NCBI GenBank assembly: GCA_965287045.1
Contig: OZ336891.1
Coordinates: forward strand, 1,922,001 to 1,986,000
DNA from: Carcharhinus amblyrhynchos
Taxonomy: Eukaryota
Direction of reading: 5' to 3'
Length of the DNA: 64,000 nt
Position numbers and translations under genes: made by a program. Each line of letters opens with the position of its first letter. Position 1 is the first letter of the stretch. Shown here piece by piece: positions 1-11,814 of this stretch. The notes under the pieces were generated by a model, which had not been told where the DNA came from, did no database searches, and saw nothing but the letters and a program-made list of their open reading frames with translations.

Positions 1-289
1 GATGGCCAAAGGCTCCTGTTTAACAGATTAACTTCTGTTTAGGATTAGCGTTCATAATCCCTCCAGGAATTAAAGATTACCGTCCAGGAAACTGCTGCAA
101 ACAATTCCAGGAAAGGAATACATAATGACAGTAAAAAAGAATGTGAGTTTATTCATTTTCTTTGAACATTTTGCTCATTATTATTGTTGAGGAATAAAAG
201 GCTGTTTTGTCTGACACTCAAGGATCATCCAACCCAGTGACAAAGAATGATATCCTTTCCAATTGGTGCATTGCGAAGATGTTACAGCA

Positions 290-940
290 ATGACAAATGC
301 AATGTTAGCATTCATGTCAAGAGGGCTAGAATACAAAAGCAGGCATTTACTTCTGAGGCTGTATAAGGCTCTGGTCAGACCCAAATTAGAGTATCATGAG
401 CAGTTTTGGGCCTCATACCTAAAAAAGGATGCACTGGCCTTGGAAAGGGTCCAGAGCAGGTACACAAGTACAAGGATCCCTGGAATGAAGAACTTACTGT
501 ATCAGAAACGGCTGAGGACTCTGGGCCTCTCGTTGGAGTTTAGAAGGATGGGGGGGATCTTATTGAAATTTACAGGATACTGCGAAGTCTGGATAAAGTG
601 GACGTGGAGAGGATGTTTCCATGAGTAGGAGAAACTAGAACCAGAGGTCACAACCTCAGACTAAAGCGACGATCCTTTAAAACAGCGATGAAGAGGAATT
701 TCTTCAGCCAGAGAGTGGTGAATCTGTGGAACTCTTTGCCGCAGAAGGCTGTGGAGGTCGGGTCATTGAGTGACCTGGCCTCCACAGAGATAGATAGTTT
801 TTTGATTAATAAGAGGGTCAGGGATTGTGGGGAGAAGGCAGGAGAATGGGGACGGGAAAAATATCAGCCATGATTGAATGGCGAAGTAGCCTGAATGGGC
901 CAAGTGGCCAAATTCTGCTTCTATATCTTGTGGTCTTATG
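290..940 (+). mobile_element. CR1 LINE 3' fragment (degenerate)
   Basis: ORF 263-628 (LYKALVRPKLEY) and 688-873 (RNFFSQRVVNLWNSLP); CR1-type 3' end. Confidence 0.9.
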
Positions 941-944
941 TTGA

Positions 945-1241
945 TGACCACAGTGATCAGTGCTGCTGCCTCACAACACCAGGTTCAATTCCTGGCGTGG
1001 GTCACTGTCTGTGTGAAGTTTGCACATTCCCCCTGTGTCTGTGTGGGTTTCCTCCGGGTGCTCCGGTTTCCTCCCACAGTCCAAAGATGTGCGGGTTAGG
1101 TGCATTGGCCGTGCTAAATTCTCTCCCAGTGTACCTGAACAGGCGCCAGAGTTTGGCGACAGGGGATTTTCACAGTAAATTCATTGCAGCGTTAATGTAA
1201 GCCTACTTGTGACAATAAATAAACTTTAAATAAATAAACTT
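945..1241 (+). mobile_element. HE1/V-SINE-like tRNA-derived SINE (aataaacttt tail type)
   Basis: Central domain gggtttcctccgggtgctccggtttcctcccacagtccaaagatgtgc; tail cattgcagcgttaatgtaagcctacttgtgac. Confidence 0.85.
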
Positions 1242-1419
1242 TCAATCACAAAAGTGGGGGGGAAGGACCGGGTGGGACATTTTGGGTGAGTGGGGAGGGG
1301 TGGTGCTGGTGTGCGGGGTGAAGAATCCTCCAGGAATATGTCCTTCCAGAATTGACAACCCTGTTGGAAATGTCTAAGTTTTTATATTTGTATCAATAAC
1401 AGAAGGCATTGGATTTATT

Positions 1420-1635
1420 CTCAGTGTCCTGATCAATACCTATCCCTCATTTATCTTAAGGACAGATTACAGTATCTGGTCATTATAACAGTTACTGTCT
1501 GTGGAGGGGCTGCTGTATGAAAATTGCCTGCCACTTTTCATAGATTACAACAGTGACTAAAACAATACTTAATTAATTGTAAAGTACTTCTGAACATCTT
1601 GAGGTGGCGAAAGGCGCTATAGGAATTCAGGCCCT
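1420..1635 (+). mobile_element. Old SacSINE1/DeuSINE-like fragment
   Basis: tatctggtcatt...ttacaacagtgact...aaaggcgctata motifs shared with copies at 5400, 43400 and 62740. Confidence 0.55.
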
Positions 1636-2158
1636 TTCTGTTGTTCAGTTTCACCTGAATGGTCAGACAGCACTATCTACAGCAGTCAGCTCACAGCCTT
1701 GTTCTTGCTTAAACTCAAGTGGCCAAAGCCCTCAGGAAGGATCTTCATAAAAAGAAAATGACAGAATGAAATTCTGTTTATCGAACAATCGGGTCTACCC
1801 GATTTAATTTCAGACCAGGCTGTCAGATAACGTGTAGAGTCACAAAAACAATAGACAAATACGATAATACTCAGCTTCAGAATTGATTCAAGCCCCACAG
1901 CACAGTGCGAGAACAAGCCAGCAATTTCCCCTGTGATTATGATTTTCAATGCTGACTGTGATTCTGTTTGGAACTGACAAAATCAAAGACCTGGAGCGGC
2001 AGAGATGTTTTCAGCAATATGCTGTTTCACTCATATTTTGTGAGATGTTAGTGACAGTTTGAGAAGCGTAATGGAAACAGGAATAGCAACCTGTGATAAC
2101 AGAATCAGAAAATTCTGGGATTAATTCCTTCCTATCCTAATTCCTTCCTGTCCTCTCA

Positions 2159-2805
2159 GGCAGCATGGTGGCACAGTGGTTAGCACTGCTGCCTCACAGC
2201 ACTGGGGATCTAGGTTCAATTCCCAGGTTCGGTCACTGTCTGCATGGAGTCTGCACATTCTCCCCGTGTCTGCGTGGGTTTCCTCCAGGTGCTCCAATCC
2301 TGCTCTGCCCAAGACTACAAGGAACTACAAAAGCTCATGAATGTAGCCCAATCCATTATACAAACCAGCCACCCTTCCATTGACTCTGTCTACACTTCCT
2401 GCTGCCTTAGCAAAGCAGCCAGCGTAATTAAGAACCCCAGGCATTCTCTCTTCTACTTTCTTCTGTCGGGAAAAAGATACAAAAGTCTGAGGTCACGTAC
2501 CAACCGACTCAAGAACAGCTTCTTCCCTGCTGCTGTCAAGACTTTTGAATGGACTTAGCTTGCATTAAGTCGATCTTTTTCTATACTCTAGCTATGACTG
2601 TAACACTACATTCTGCACTTTATTTCCTTCTTTATGAACGGTATGCTTTGTCTCTAAAGTGCGCAAGAAACAATACTTTTCATTGTATGTTAATACGTGT
2701 GACAATAAATCAAATCAAATCACAGTCTAAAGATGTGCTGGTTAGGTGGATTACAGTAACTTCATTGCAGTGTTAATGTAAACCTACTTGTGACTCATAA
2801 ATTAA
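2159..2805 (+). mobile_element. HE1-like SINE split by a Rex1/Babar LINE 3' fragment (2298-2720)
   Basis: SINE head ggcagcatggtggcacagtggttagcactgctgcctcacagc to 2295; LINE with (aaatc)n tail; SINE resumes cacagtctaaagatgtgc at 2721. Confidence 0.85.
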
Positions 2806-3156
2806 TTTTTCCTGGGAGGCTTTCTTAAAATGCCAATGCATCAATCCAATAGGAGATTCAGGAGAAAATTCTTCAATGAGAGTGGTGAGAATGTGGAATT
2901 CATTGCCACAGGGAGAGGTTGAAATAAACTTTACTGATGCATAAAAGGGGAAGCTGGATAAACAGCTGCGGCAGCAAGGAATACGGGGATAGGCTGATGG
3001 GAGCTGAAGTTTACTAAGATTATTTACAGCACAAAAACAGGCAACTCAGCCCATGTTGGTGTTAATGCTCCACACAAACCTCCTCTCACCCTATCAACAC
3101 AACCTTATATTCCTTTCTCCACAAGGTTTTCATCAACATCAGTACAGACCACCTGA

Positions 3157-3445
3157 AGTTTAAAGTCTATCTTTATTAGTCACAAGTAAGGCTTGCATTA
3201 ACACTGCAATGAAGTTACTGTGAAAATCCCCTTGACACCACACTCCCAGCACCTGTTTGGGTCAATGCCCCCTAACCAGCACATCTTTCAGATTGTGGAA
3301 GGAAACCAGAGCACCCGGAGGAAACCCACACAGACACAGGAAGAATGTGCAGACTCCACACAGACAGTGACCCAAGTCGGGAATCAAACCCGGGCCCCTG
3401 GTGTTGTGAAGCAGCAGTGCTAACTACTATACCACCATGCCGCCC
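3157..3445 (-). mobile_element. HE1-like SINE (aataaacttt tail type)
   Basis: Reverse complement of head, central domain and tail all present. Confidence 0.85.
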
Positions 3446-3634
3446 CATCTGGGCTGAATGGCCTTGGCTTTGTTCTTTTCTCCGTCTGTGTGACGTTTTA
3501 CCATGAACAGCTGCATCTGTCAGCTGAAGACTCGAGCTGCTTCAACCAAAAGAATTTCCCCAGACAATTAAGAGTAAAATGTTGTTTTATTTTGAATTCT
3601 CAGTTCCCAAAGCAAATATGCTTCAAACAAAACT

Positions 3635-4395
3635 TGTGTGATAGTCTGTGAGTGTCTGTATATGAGTGTCTATGACAGTGTGTGTGTGTGTTTAGGGTGT
3701 GTCAATGTTTTTATGCATATCTGTGTTTGTACTGGAATTTTACCATCCTGCTCGCCATGGGAATCGGAGCGGGTGAGGGGCAGACAAGATCCGTTGACGT
3801 GGATGGGATTTTATGGTTTCTGGATGGGCGAGGCAGTAAAATCCAGTTTCTCTCTCTGTGTATTCATATTTGTATCTGTCTGGTTTCCTGTACATGGGAT
3901 GTGTGTTCCTCTATGAATCTGGGGGTGCCTGTATTGCTCTGTATATTTCTACGTCTCTGATATGTTTGTGTGTGGGGGAGAGGGGTGAGAGGCTGTGTGA
4001 TTGTGTGTGTGTATGTGAGGGGGGGGTAGGGTGGAGTTGTGTAAATCTGTGATACTCTGTGTGTGTGTGATTCTGTGTATCTGTGTATGTGTGATTCTGT
4101 GTATCTGTGTGTGTGTATCTATGTGTGTGTATCTGTATGATTCTGTGTACGTGTGTCCGTGAGGGACTATATGATTCTGTGTTTGTGTGCTGTGTGGTTC
4201 TCTGTATGTTTGTGTGNNNNNNNNNNNNNNNNNNNNNNNNNNNNNNNNNNNNNNNNNNNNNNNNNNNNNNNNNNNNNNNNNNNNNNNNNNNNNNNNNNNN
4301 NNNNNNNNNNNNNNNNNNNNNNNNNNNNNNNNNNNNNNNNNNNNNNNTTTGTATGTATTTGTGTGTACGCACACGTATGTTTATGTGTGTATATG
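3635..4395. repeat. Degenerate (TG)n low-complexity tract containing an assembly gap (N run 4217-4347)
   Basis: Direct inspection of the sequence. Confidence 0.95.
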
Positions 4396-5399
4396 ATGGG
4401 TGGTTCAGCCCAAGACAAGGTCAATGAAACATTTTCCTTCCATTCCACGTGCCTTTAATTCAGCTCTACACACACTGCAGGTGAAACTGTTTATCAGCAC
4501 TGGAACAGGCAGGAATTCACAAATTAACAACACATCCATTTACAAATTAAAAACATTGTCATTCAAAAATAAAAACCCTTGAGATCTGTGCTGATGGTTC
4601 AATGGGGATAATCTGAGATCAGATTCCAAATCCTTGCCCAGGAACATTCAGCAAAAGCTGCTACATATTCAACCTTAACACTTGCTGAAACGCCTTCAGT
4701 GACTGAAAGCCTTGACTGTGATGCCCTCTGTAGCCAAATAGGCCACCGCCACCAGGGGGCATCTGTTACCTCGTCCAGGGAAAGAGAGAGAAAGAGAATA
4801 ATAACTAGTGTAGCTCATTGCTAGAGACATGCTGAGAGCTCGGGAGAACGATAGTATAGGTTCAGTGCACAGAGAATCAGTTTGTATTCACCTAATGAGA
4901 TAATTCTTACTAAAATCACAATGTATTCAAGAGTGACATTAGGTGGAACAGAGATCACAGTTACAGCGAGCAGTCCCTTTCAGGCTGCTTACGAGACATC
5001 AGACAAAAACCAGCAAGATAAACAATGTGTCTGACACATTCAACAACTCGAGTGACAGAACAATATTTCAAATTCATCTTTTAAACATCTTTTGAGTTTC
5101 CAGGAGGACACAGTGATGGGGTTTGATTGCTGAGACAACTCAGACTAACCTAAGGGTCTCCAGATATACTGCCAATCGTGCATCATTCACCGGCTGGGGA
5201 AGGTGCAGAGCTCCTTATACTGAACAGAACTCCACTGGACACTGTACATGTAGCAGGAGAACTGGCTTTACAGTGATATGGATTCAGTTTAAAGTTCCTG
5301 GGTGGTCCATTTTGGGATTTGTCAGATGCTGCAGTTCAATAAGAGGCTGCAGGAGATTTGGAGAACTTCCTCCAGAATTGGGGTTGAGCACACATCGCA

Positions 5400-5665
5400 G
5401 TCCAACACTCCTGGCGCCGTACTGAGGGAGTGCCACACTACCGGGGGCGCTGACTTCAGGATGAGTTATTAAACCAATATGTATCTCTCGGGTGGATATA
5501 AAGGATCCCAGGACAATATCTGAAGAAGGATCTCCCCAGTTCCTGCACCAATATCTATTCCTCATCCAGCCTCCCTAAGTACAGATTATCTGGTCATTCC
5601 ACAGTGCTGTTTATGGGAGCTTGCTATGTAAAAACTGGCTGTCACTTTTCCTACATTACAACAGA
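5400..5665 (+). mobile_element. SacSINE1/DeuSINE-like element
   Basis: Deu-like domain ggtggatataaaggatccca...tgaagaag...ccaatatctattcctca followed by gattatctggtcatt. Confidence 0.6.
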
Positions 5666-6059
5666 ACCCTTCCTTCAATTCTACAGCCATTATGTGACCC
5701 ACTGCATATTCTTTTTCAGTTTGGTTTGCAAACCTATAAAGAAAATGCTTCAATTTTTTCATACAGAAGATAAACATCCAGCAAACAGCCAGGTCTCACT
5801 TAGTCATAGATCATGGACATTCTCCTGGGGCTACTCAGTCACTTCATCTTAACTGCATATCTGGTCAAGCACCCTAGAAATCTGTGCTCTAATCCTCTAT
5901 CCCCCGAACCATACCAATCTCCCTCGGTACACAGAGAGGATGCACAACACCTGATTACTAACTCACCCTGAATTCTACCAACACTGATGGACTAAGCAAC
6001 ACCCACTAATGAAACCTCAGTGTATTGTAAGCCTCTACCCCTCCTGTAGATCAGTTTGA

Positions 6060-6745
6060 GAAAGTAAATAGGAGGCCATTCAGCCCCTCAAATCTGCTGT
6101 CCCATTCAATGAGATCATGGTTGATCTGCGGCCTAACTCCACATGCCCACTTCTGCTCCATATCCTCTCTAAACCCGTGATTAACAAAAACGTATCAATC
6201 TCAGATTTAAAATTAACAATCGATTCAGCTTCAGGGTTGCCTTTTACAGAAGAGAGTTCCTAATTTCTACCGCCCTTTGTGTGAAAAAGTGTTTCTGAAT
6301 TTTACTCCTGAGAATTCTGGTTCTGATTTGTGGACAATTCTGCCTGTCCTACACTCTCCAGCCAACAGAAATAATGGACAGGATTTTCCATTCCCCCTGC
6401 CACATGTTTGGTGACGGCAGATGCGGTCAGCCATTGGCCGGCAGTGGGATCTTCCAGACCCGCCGCTGTCACATTGTTTGTACCCTCCACTGCCGGGAAA
6501 CTGGTGTTGAGGGAGAGGGTCACCATCGATGTAACCAGAAAATCTTGCTGGCAAGAACGGCCAGAAAATCCGACCCAATGTCTCATCCTAACTATTCCCC
6601 ATAATATTTTGAAAAATATATGTAAAAGAACTTTTCAAAGAATGCCTTAAGCCTCTGATTTCCAGGGAATGCAACCCTAATGTGTAATCTCGATTGGTAC
6701 TTTAGCTCTCAAAGCCCAGGTATTATTCTGATAAATCTGTATGAA
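6060..6745 (-). mobile_element. CR1 3' fragment interrupted by a MITE (6376-6576)
   Basis: ggaggccattcagcccctc... is the reverse complement of a CR1 3' UTR; MITE has TIRs ggacaggattttcc / agaaaatccgaccc and AAT on both sides. Confidence 0.8.
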
Positions 6746-8918
6746 GGTGTGTCTGTCAAACATGCCTAACATCGAAACTTCCTGCACAGCAAACCCCCTC
6801 CACCCACTCCCCCAGTAACTCCCCCCATCCCCACCCAGGATGATACTTTCCTACCAGCCACTTGTTTCTCTGCGTCTCCCCAACAATCAGCACGGTCTCT
6901 GCCTCACTGCAACCCAGGGATATTACAGAAAACAGTCAAAGACATTGAAGCGAATCACAGAAAACTAGGTACAAACGACAAGACATGAGCAACACTCTCT
7001 ACGTGTGATTGTCTAAATCTCTTGGACTTGTTGTTGCTCTGAAACAGACTATCTGTAATTGCAGACACCATGAAGACATAAATGATTATATTTTTTAAGT
7101 AAATATTTATCTCTATCAGCAGCTGTATGCAGTGCAGCCAGGTATAAACCTACACGCAGTGCCTGTTTTTAAGTTCTGATTAATTAGATTTTAGTTATAT
7201 ACATTTTTTATTTTGTAAGGCTCGTTAAAACGTCTATGACTCATTATACTCTGGATTTTAATTGGATCTTTTAGTTAATGCAGTTTTCATTGACAAAGAT
7301 AATGCCCGTCTCCCCACTCTGGGTGCTGGAGGAAGGAGTGAGCTGATTGATGCACTGGGTTAAGTTAGGGAGAGACACTCAGCACTCTGCTTCACTGCGT
7401 GCTGCAGAGAGTCTTCAATGATTCATGTACTGCAGTGCTCACAGTGGATAGCTAGAGTAACAGTGTAAAAGGTAACACACAGCGATGCAGGGACAGGGGA
7501 TATTTGACATTAAACAATGTCAAGACTGGAGAACCACATTTCCCACATTAACAACAATAAAGCAACACTTAAAAAAAGGCATCATTAACCGTGAAGCAGA
7601 TTTGAGCACCCTGAGGTTACAAAGGCGCTATATAAATGCACGTTCTTTCTCTTTTCCTTTATAAGATGGCCATTCTCCCTCAGTTACTAGCATCGACAAG
7701 TCTCAGGAATTTATTTCATTCATTATCCTGTTCTCTGTCTCTCACTCCTGTCCTAAGCCTGTTAACTCTCACTGATCTGCAGGCTGCTGGCTCATATTAC
7801 CCTCCAGTAGCTTACCTTACTCTTCAGAGCGTGAATGAGTCGCAGCAAGTTAGTCGCAGTGGATCCCAGTTCAGCCCAGGCAGGGAGCAGGGAGCCTGAC
7901 TGACTGCTGCCTGCACTCCAATACTGCAGTGTTAAACCCCGTACCATAACCCAGAACAACAAATAAACTGCACATACATGAAGTCAGACAACATTAGTGA
8001 TACGACAGACAGGTGCAGCTGAACATTATCAGATGTCCATGAATTTCTCCCTCCTTTCCCAGTATGTCCTGGATATTGTTTCTGAATATTGCGTCATTTT
8101 GAAATCCTGTTCATTTCTTCTTGCTGTGTCTGTGCAGAGACGACACTGGGAGGCTGGGTGAATCAGTAGGGAGAGAGAGAGCAGTGACTACACGGAGTGA
8201 AGATTCAGGCCTGCCTTCTAGGAGAACAACTGCTGATACAGTGATCACTGGTCAAACAACACAGGGAATTGAAACGCAGACTGCCTCTTTGCTGACACTG
8301 AGTTTGGCAATCGCCGCTGGTCAGATCAACAGATGAATCTTTAACATATTCACCAAGACGCTGGCTTAGGGACTCCTCCAAGGCCCGTTCTATTAATGGA
8401 GACCTTTGCTGTTAAAACAAGTCTCCAATTCACTAGCAGAAATTTCTAGGTTTACAATTCATTCTTTCACTCACCCTTCCCAGAGAGGTGCAGCCGGCCG
8501 AGGTGAGGCACAGCCTTGCATTTGCTTCGGATTTCGCCACCAACCCTTTTTGAATTGAAGCACTCTCCTACCTGAGCAATCAGTTGTTTCAGGGCCCAGC
8601 CAGTAGGATGGTCACAGTTGCATTTTGGAAAAGCTGCAAAGCCTACACGGTTAGTCAGATAAGGAGTGTGAAATCATTTAAGAAAATAAATATTATGAAA
8701 TATTGCGGGCAATTAAGGTCTTGTCCTGACTCGTGCAGTTTGCGTTCTTACATTTGTGCCTGATTGAATTTTCTGTGAATTGTTTTGGCCGGGTTAACAG
8801 ATACAAAGGTCACCCATGACTGGTGTTTATTCCCATGCTCAGATATAAAGCATTGGTAGCCCTCACCCTGCAGTCTACCAGCAGCCTGTGTGCATTACAC
8901 AGAACATGGCTAATGTCA

Positions 8919-10439
8919 TTAAACAACAATGGGAGAGTCTGAGGACACGGAGCCAACAGAGCCACAGTCAGATTTCTTTCTGGGCACAGTTAAGAGTCTC
9001 TTGTCCTCAAACTCCTCCACCGCATTGGGCTTGAGTTTCCCATTCTGCCCTTGCGTGTCCTTGGCAGGCTCAATGAAGGCCACACGTCGATCCATGGCCG
9101 CTTTCTCCCCGGAGAGGTCGTGGATGGAAGTGGCGCTCAGTATGGATGAATGAATGCTCTCCTCCTGCTGGCTCTTCTGCTTATCAGCTTTGCTCCTGCA
9201 CCAACAGTGACACGGCGTGAGGTACAAGTAAATGAGAACCAAAATCACACTGGCAACACACCCGACCAGAGTGGTGTAGGCCGTGTTCAACGACTCATGT
9301 GTAGGACTCACTGTGGAATTGTGCACCTTCAGTTGCACGTGGATGGTCTCGTTGAACTGGCTGCTGGTGGCCAGGCAAGTGTAAGTCCCTGAATCTTCCA
9401 GTCTCAGGTTCCCAAGCCACAGACTGCCGTTGGGAAACATCTTGAGACTTTGGTTGTTGCGGCCGGCCTGTATGGTCTCGTTGTCTGGGGTCACCCACAC
9501 TTTTGTCATGTTCCTCAACCTGGTGTCGCAGTGAAAGGTCAAGGTGCCTTCTAGGAAAGCCTCCACCTCTGAATCAACGATGGTGCTGCAGTTCATGTAG
9601 TCCTCTTGCAGCTCAAAGAGCTTGATGGACACCTTGTGGTTTAAGGGAAGGATGCATTTAAACTCGTTCCTGAAGTCCACTGCAGAATTGAACTGCCGAG
9701 CATGCCACTGGGTGACCATCAGATAAAGGTTACAATGGCAGACCAGGGGGTTGTTGTGTATATAAAGACCATTCTTGAGGTAGGCAGGTAGATTGTTGAG
9801 TTCCTGAACAGGCAGGGACTTTATCTTGTTACTTGACACATCCAACAGTTCCAGTCCAGACAGCCTGGTACTTTCCTTCACTAACTCCTGGGGGAAACGC
9901 GTTATCAGGTTCTGGCTCAGATAGAGCTTCTTCAGCCTGTCCAATCCTTCAAAGGCCGTTCTGTCAATCTGAGAGATCTGATTGTTGTACAACAACAGCA
10001 CCTCCAACTCCTCCAGCCCCTGGAAGTGTAACTCTTCCAGAGCTTTGAGTTTGTTGGAGGACAGGTCGAGGTATTTCAAATGCGGTACCTCAGTGAAAGC
10101 TTCTTCAGAGGTGAAAAACAAGCCATTGTGGCTGAGGAGCAGCGTGTGGAGCCTCAGCAGGCGGACCTTGGTCCACTCAGCTCTCAGGCGAGTCAGGCTG
10201 TTGTAGCTGAGATCCAGGACTGCTGTATACTCTGGCAGAGAGTTGGGGATGTTAACCAGCTCCTTTTTTGAGCAACTGACGATGTTACTGGCACAGATGC
10301 AGTCGGAATGGCAGTTCAGTGCAGACACACTCATGGGACAGTGGTTACATAGAGTCACTAGAAGCAAAACAGACAGGGAAGGAATTCCAGAATGATATCC
10401 TCCAGTAAGGCAGGACTCCAAGAGGCAAATGAGCCACAT
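8919..10439 (-). CDS. AMIGO1: Amphoterin-induced protein 1 (AMIGO1): LRR + Ig type I membrane adhesion protein, single coding exon
   Basis: Intact 506-aa ORF with signal peptide, LRRNT (CHSDCICASNIVSC), LRRs (LDLSYNSLTRLRAEWT), LRRCT (NNPLVCHC), Ig domain (WVTP...DSGTYTC), TM (TAYTTLVGCVASVILVLIYLYLTPC) and tail (DRRVAFIEP...GQNGKLKP...SDSPIVV). These match my recollection of AMIGO1 rather than AMIGO2/3. Confidence 0.95.
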   Translation of the reverse strand: MWLICLLESCLTGGYHSGIPSLSVLLLVTLCNHCPMSVSALNCHSDCICASNIVSCSKKELVNIPNSLPEYTAVLDLSYNSLTRLRAEWTKVRLLRLHTLLLSHNGLFFTSEEAFTEVPHLKYLDLSSNKLKALEELHFQGLEELEVLLLYNNQISQIDRTAFEGLDRLKKLYLSQNLITRFPQELVKESTRLSGLELLDVSSNKIKSLPVQELNNLPAYLKNGLYIHNNPLVCHCNLYLMVTQWHARQFNSAVDFRNEFKCILPLNHKVSIKLFELQEDYMNCSTIVDSEVEAFLEGTLTFHCDTRLRNMTKVWVTPDNETIQAGRNNQSLKMFPNGSLWLGNLRLEDSGTYTCLATSSQFNETIHVQLKVHNSTVSPTHESLNTAYTTLVGCVASVILVLIYLYLTPCHCWCRSKADKQKSQQEESIHSSILSATSIHDLSGEKAAMDRRVAFIEPAKDTQGQNGKLKPNAVEEFEDKRLLTVPRKKSDCGSVGSVSSDSPIVV

Positions 10440-10515
10440 TGTGAGGCTTCAGCAAGTGGTCATTGAGCGCACCAGAGTAGACCAGGGTTCACATCACATA
10501 GGAGAGAGGGGCTGG

Positions 10516-10793
10516 CTGAAGAGAAACGATTCTGACAGCGAGAGATTGTCTTTGAATCCATAAATAATTGAACAGAGTGCAGGGTGCAAGTGGGAGCAGG
10601 CATTGTGCCACAACCCTGCATTTACCAACAAAAGTCACTGCTTTGCTTGCAGCCATCCCTGCCATTTAACCCATTGCACCTCTCACCCTGGGGTTCGCTG
10701 ATGGGAATCAGTCTGCAGGCTGGGAAGAAGCGATGTCTCTGCCCCTTGTGCAGGGCTGGCTGTCAGTGAGTCTCCGGGCTGGCGGCTCCTCAC
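10516..10793 (-). other. Candidate 5'UTR intron of AMIGO1
   Basis: Minus-strand acceptor tttctcttcAG ends at 10516; donor GAG|GTGAGG at 10793 (alternative donor AGG|GTGAGA at 10686). Mammalian AMIGO1 has a non-coding first exon. Confidence 0.5.
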
Positions 10794-10984
10794 CTCCCCG
10801 GCTCCATCCTCCTGAAATCCGGATCAACATTGAACACCCCAGCGGCGGCTCGGTGCTTCAAGGCGGCCAGGAGAGGGGATCACCGGCTCGGCTTTGGGGA
10901 AGGGCTGGAGGGAGCAGGAGCCCGGGAATTCCAGCCTGCAGGAGAGCAGGGAGAAGGTGCACAGCAGGATCCCAGGCTGAGAGC

Positions 10985-11120
10985 TCAGCCCCGCCTGCTT
11001 GGCCAATGTTTATCTCTCTGCTCTTCCCCCATTGGAGGAGAGCAACGTCCATCCGCTACTCTTTTACCAATCCCACCAGCCCATTGGTCAGAAACCTGTA
11101 GCCTACTGTCCAATGGGCAG
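10985..11120. promoter_or_regulatory. Putative AMIGO1 promoter (GC box + five CCAAT boxes)
   Basis: CCCCGCC at 10989; CCAAT/ATTGG at 11003, 11031, 11067, 11083, 11110; locally GC-rich, repeat-free DNA just upstream of the CDS. Confidence 0.6.
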
Positions 11121-11814
11121 TGGCTGAGGGTTAACCCTTTGGTTGCCAGTTTCTCTCTTGTATTTACTGCAGTGAGCTGCCAATCTCTGCAATGTCACCC
11201 CGGCAAAAACAACAAGATTCCCCCCCCCCCTCCACCTTCTCAGCAAGAATATTCTTTAATGTTTTATAGTTTTGCAGATTTAATTGGGGATCAGTCCCCC
11301 CTCCCCCGAGGCTGAGGCTCCAATATCTCAATGTGATCGAGGGGAAAACGCAGCAACTTTTAAAATGCGGATTTCAAGCTCTCATCATCTTAGCGGGGCT
11401 GGATGTTGAAATAGGATTTGATTCAGTTACACACCGTGTTATTCTCCACCGGCTGATACCTGATATTAATATTCCGTCGCATGCTTCTTTTAATTACGTT
11501 TGAAATAATGCAATTTGAATGAGTCATGATGTCTAAGTCATTGTCCTTTCCTCCAGTGAGACAATCTCCGTGACAGAATCCAACTACACCAGAGGCAGCA
11601 ATGATGTAATTCTCTTCCTTGTTACCCATGTCATATTTAATTTGTCATTGATTTAATCAGTGCTGGAAGATGCAGTAAAGAGACGAGCTGCAGCTTGCAT
11701 TTCTGTAGCGCCTTTTTCACCGCCTCAGAAAATCCCAAAGGTGTTTTACAGCCAATGAATCATTTTATTAGTGCAGCAATCGATTTGCGCAAAGTAAGTG
11801 CCAACATACATCTC

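Noticed and set aside
2159-2230. tRNA genes at box A/B-like sequences here and at other SINE heads
   Set aside because: They are tRNA-derived SINE heads that continue into SINE bodies; I saw no full cloverleaf
3638-4458. Many overlapping ORFs
   Set aside because: Artefacts of the (TG)n repeat and the N gap
8919-10439. AMIGO3 nested in an RNF123 intron
   Set aside because: The protein carries AMIGO1-type motifs (LRAEWT, KNGLY, DRRVAF, GQNGKLKP), and I recognised no RNF123 exons in the window
10733-11315. GC-rich ORFs of 122 and 161 aa antisense to AMIGO1
   Set aside because: No recognisable domain; long frames are expected in GC-rich promoter DNA
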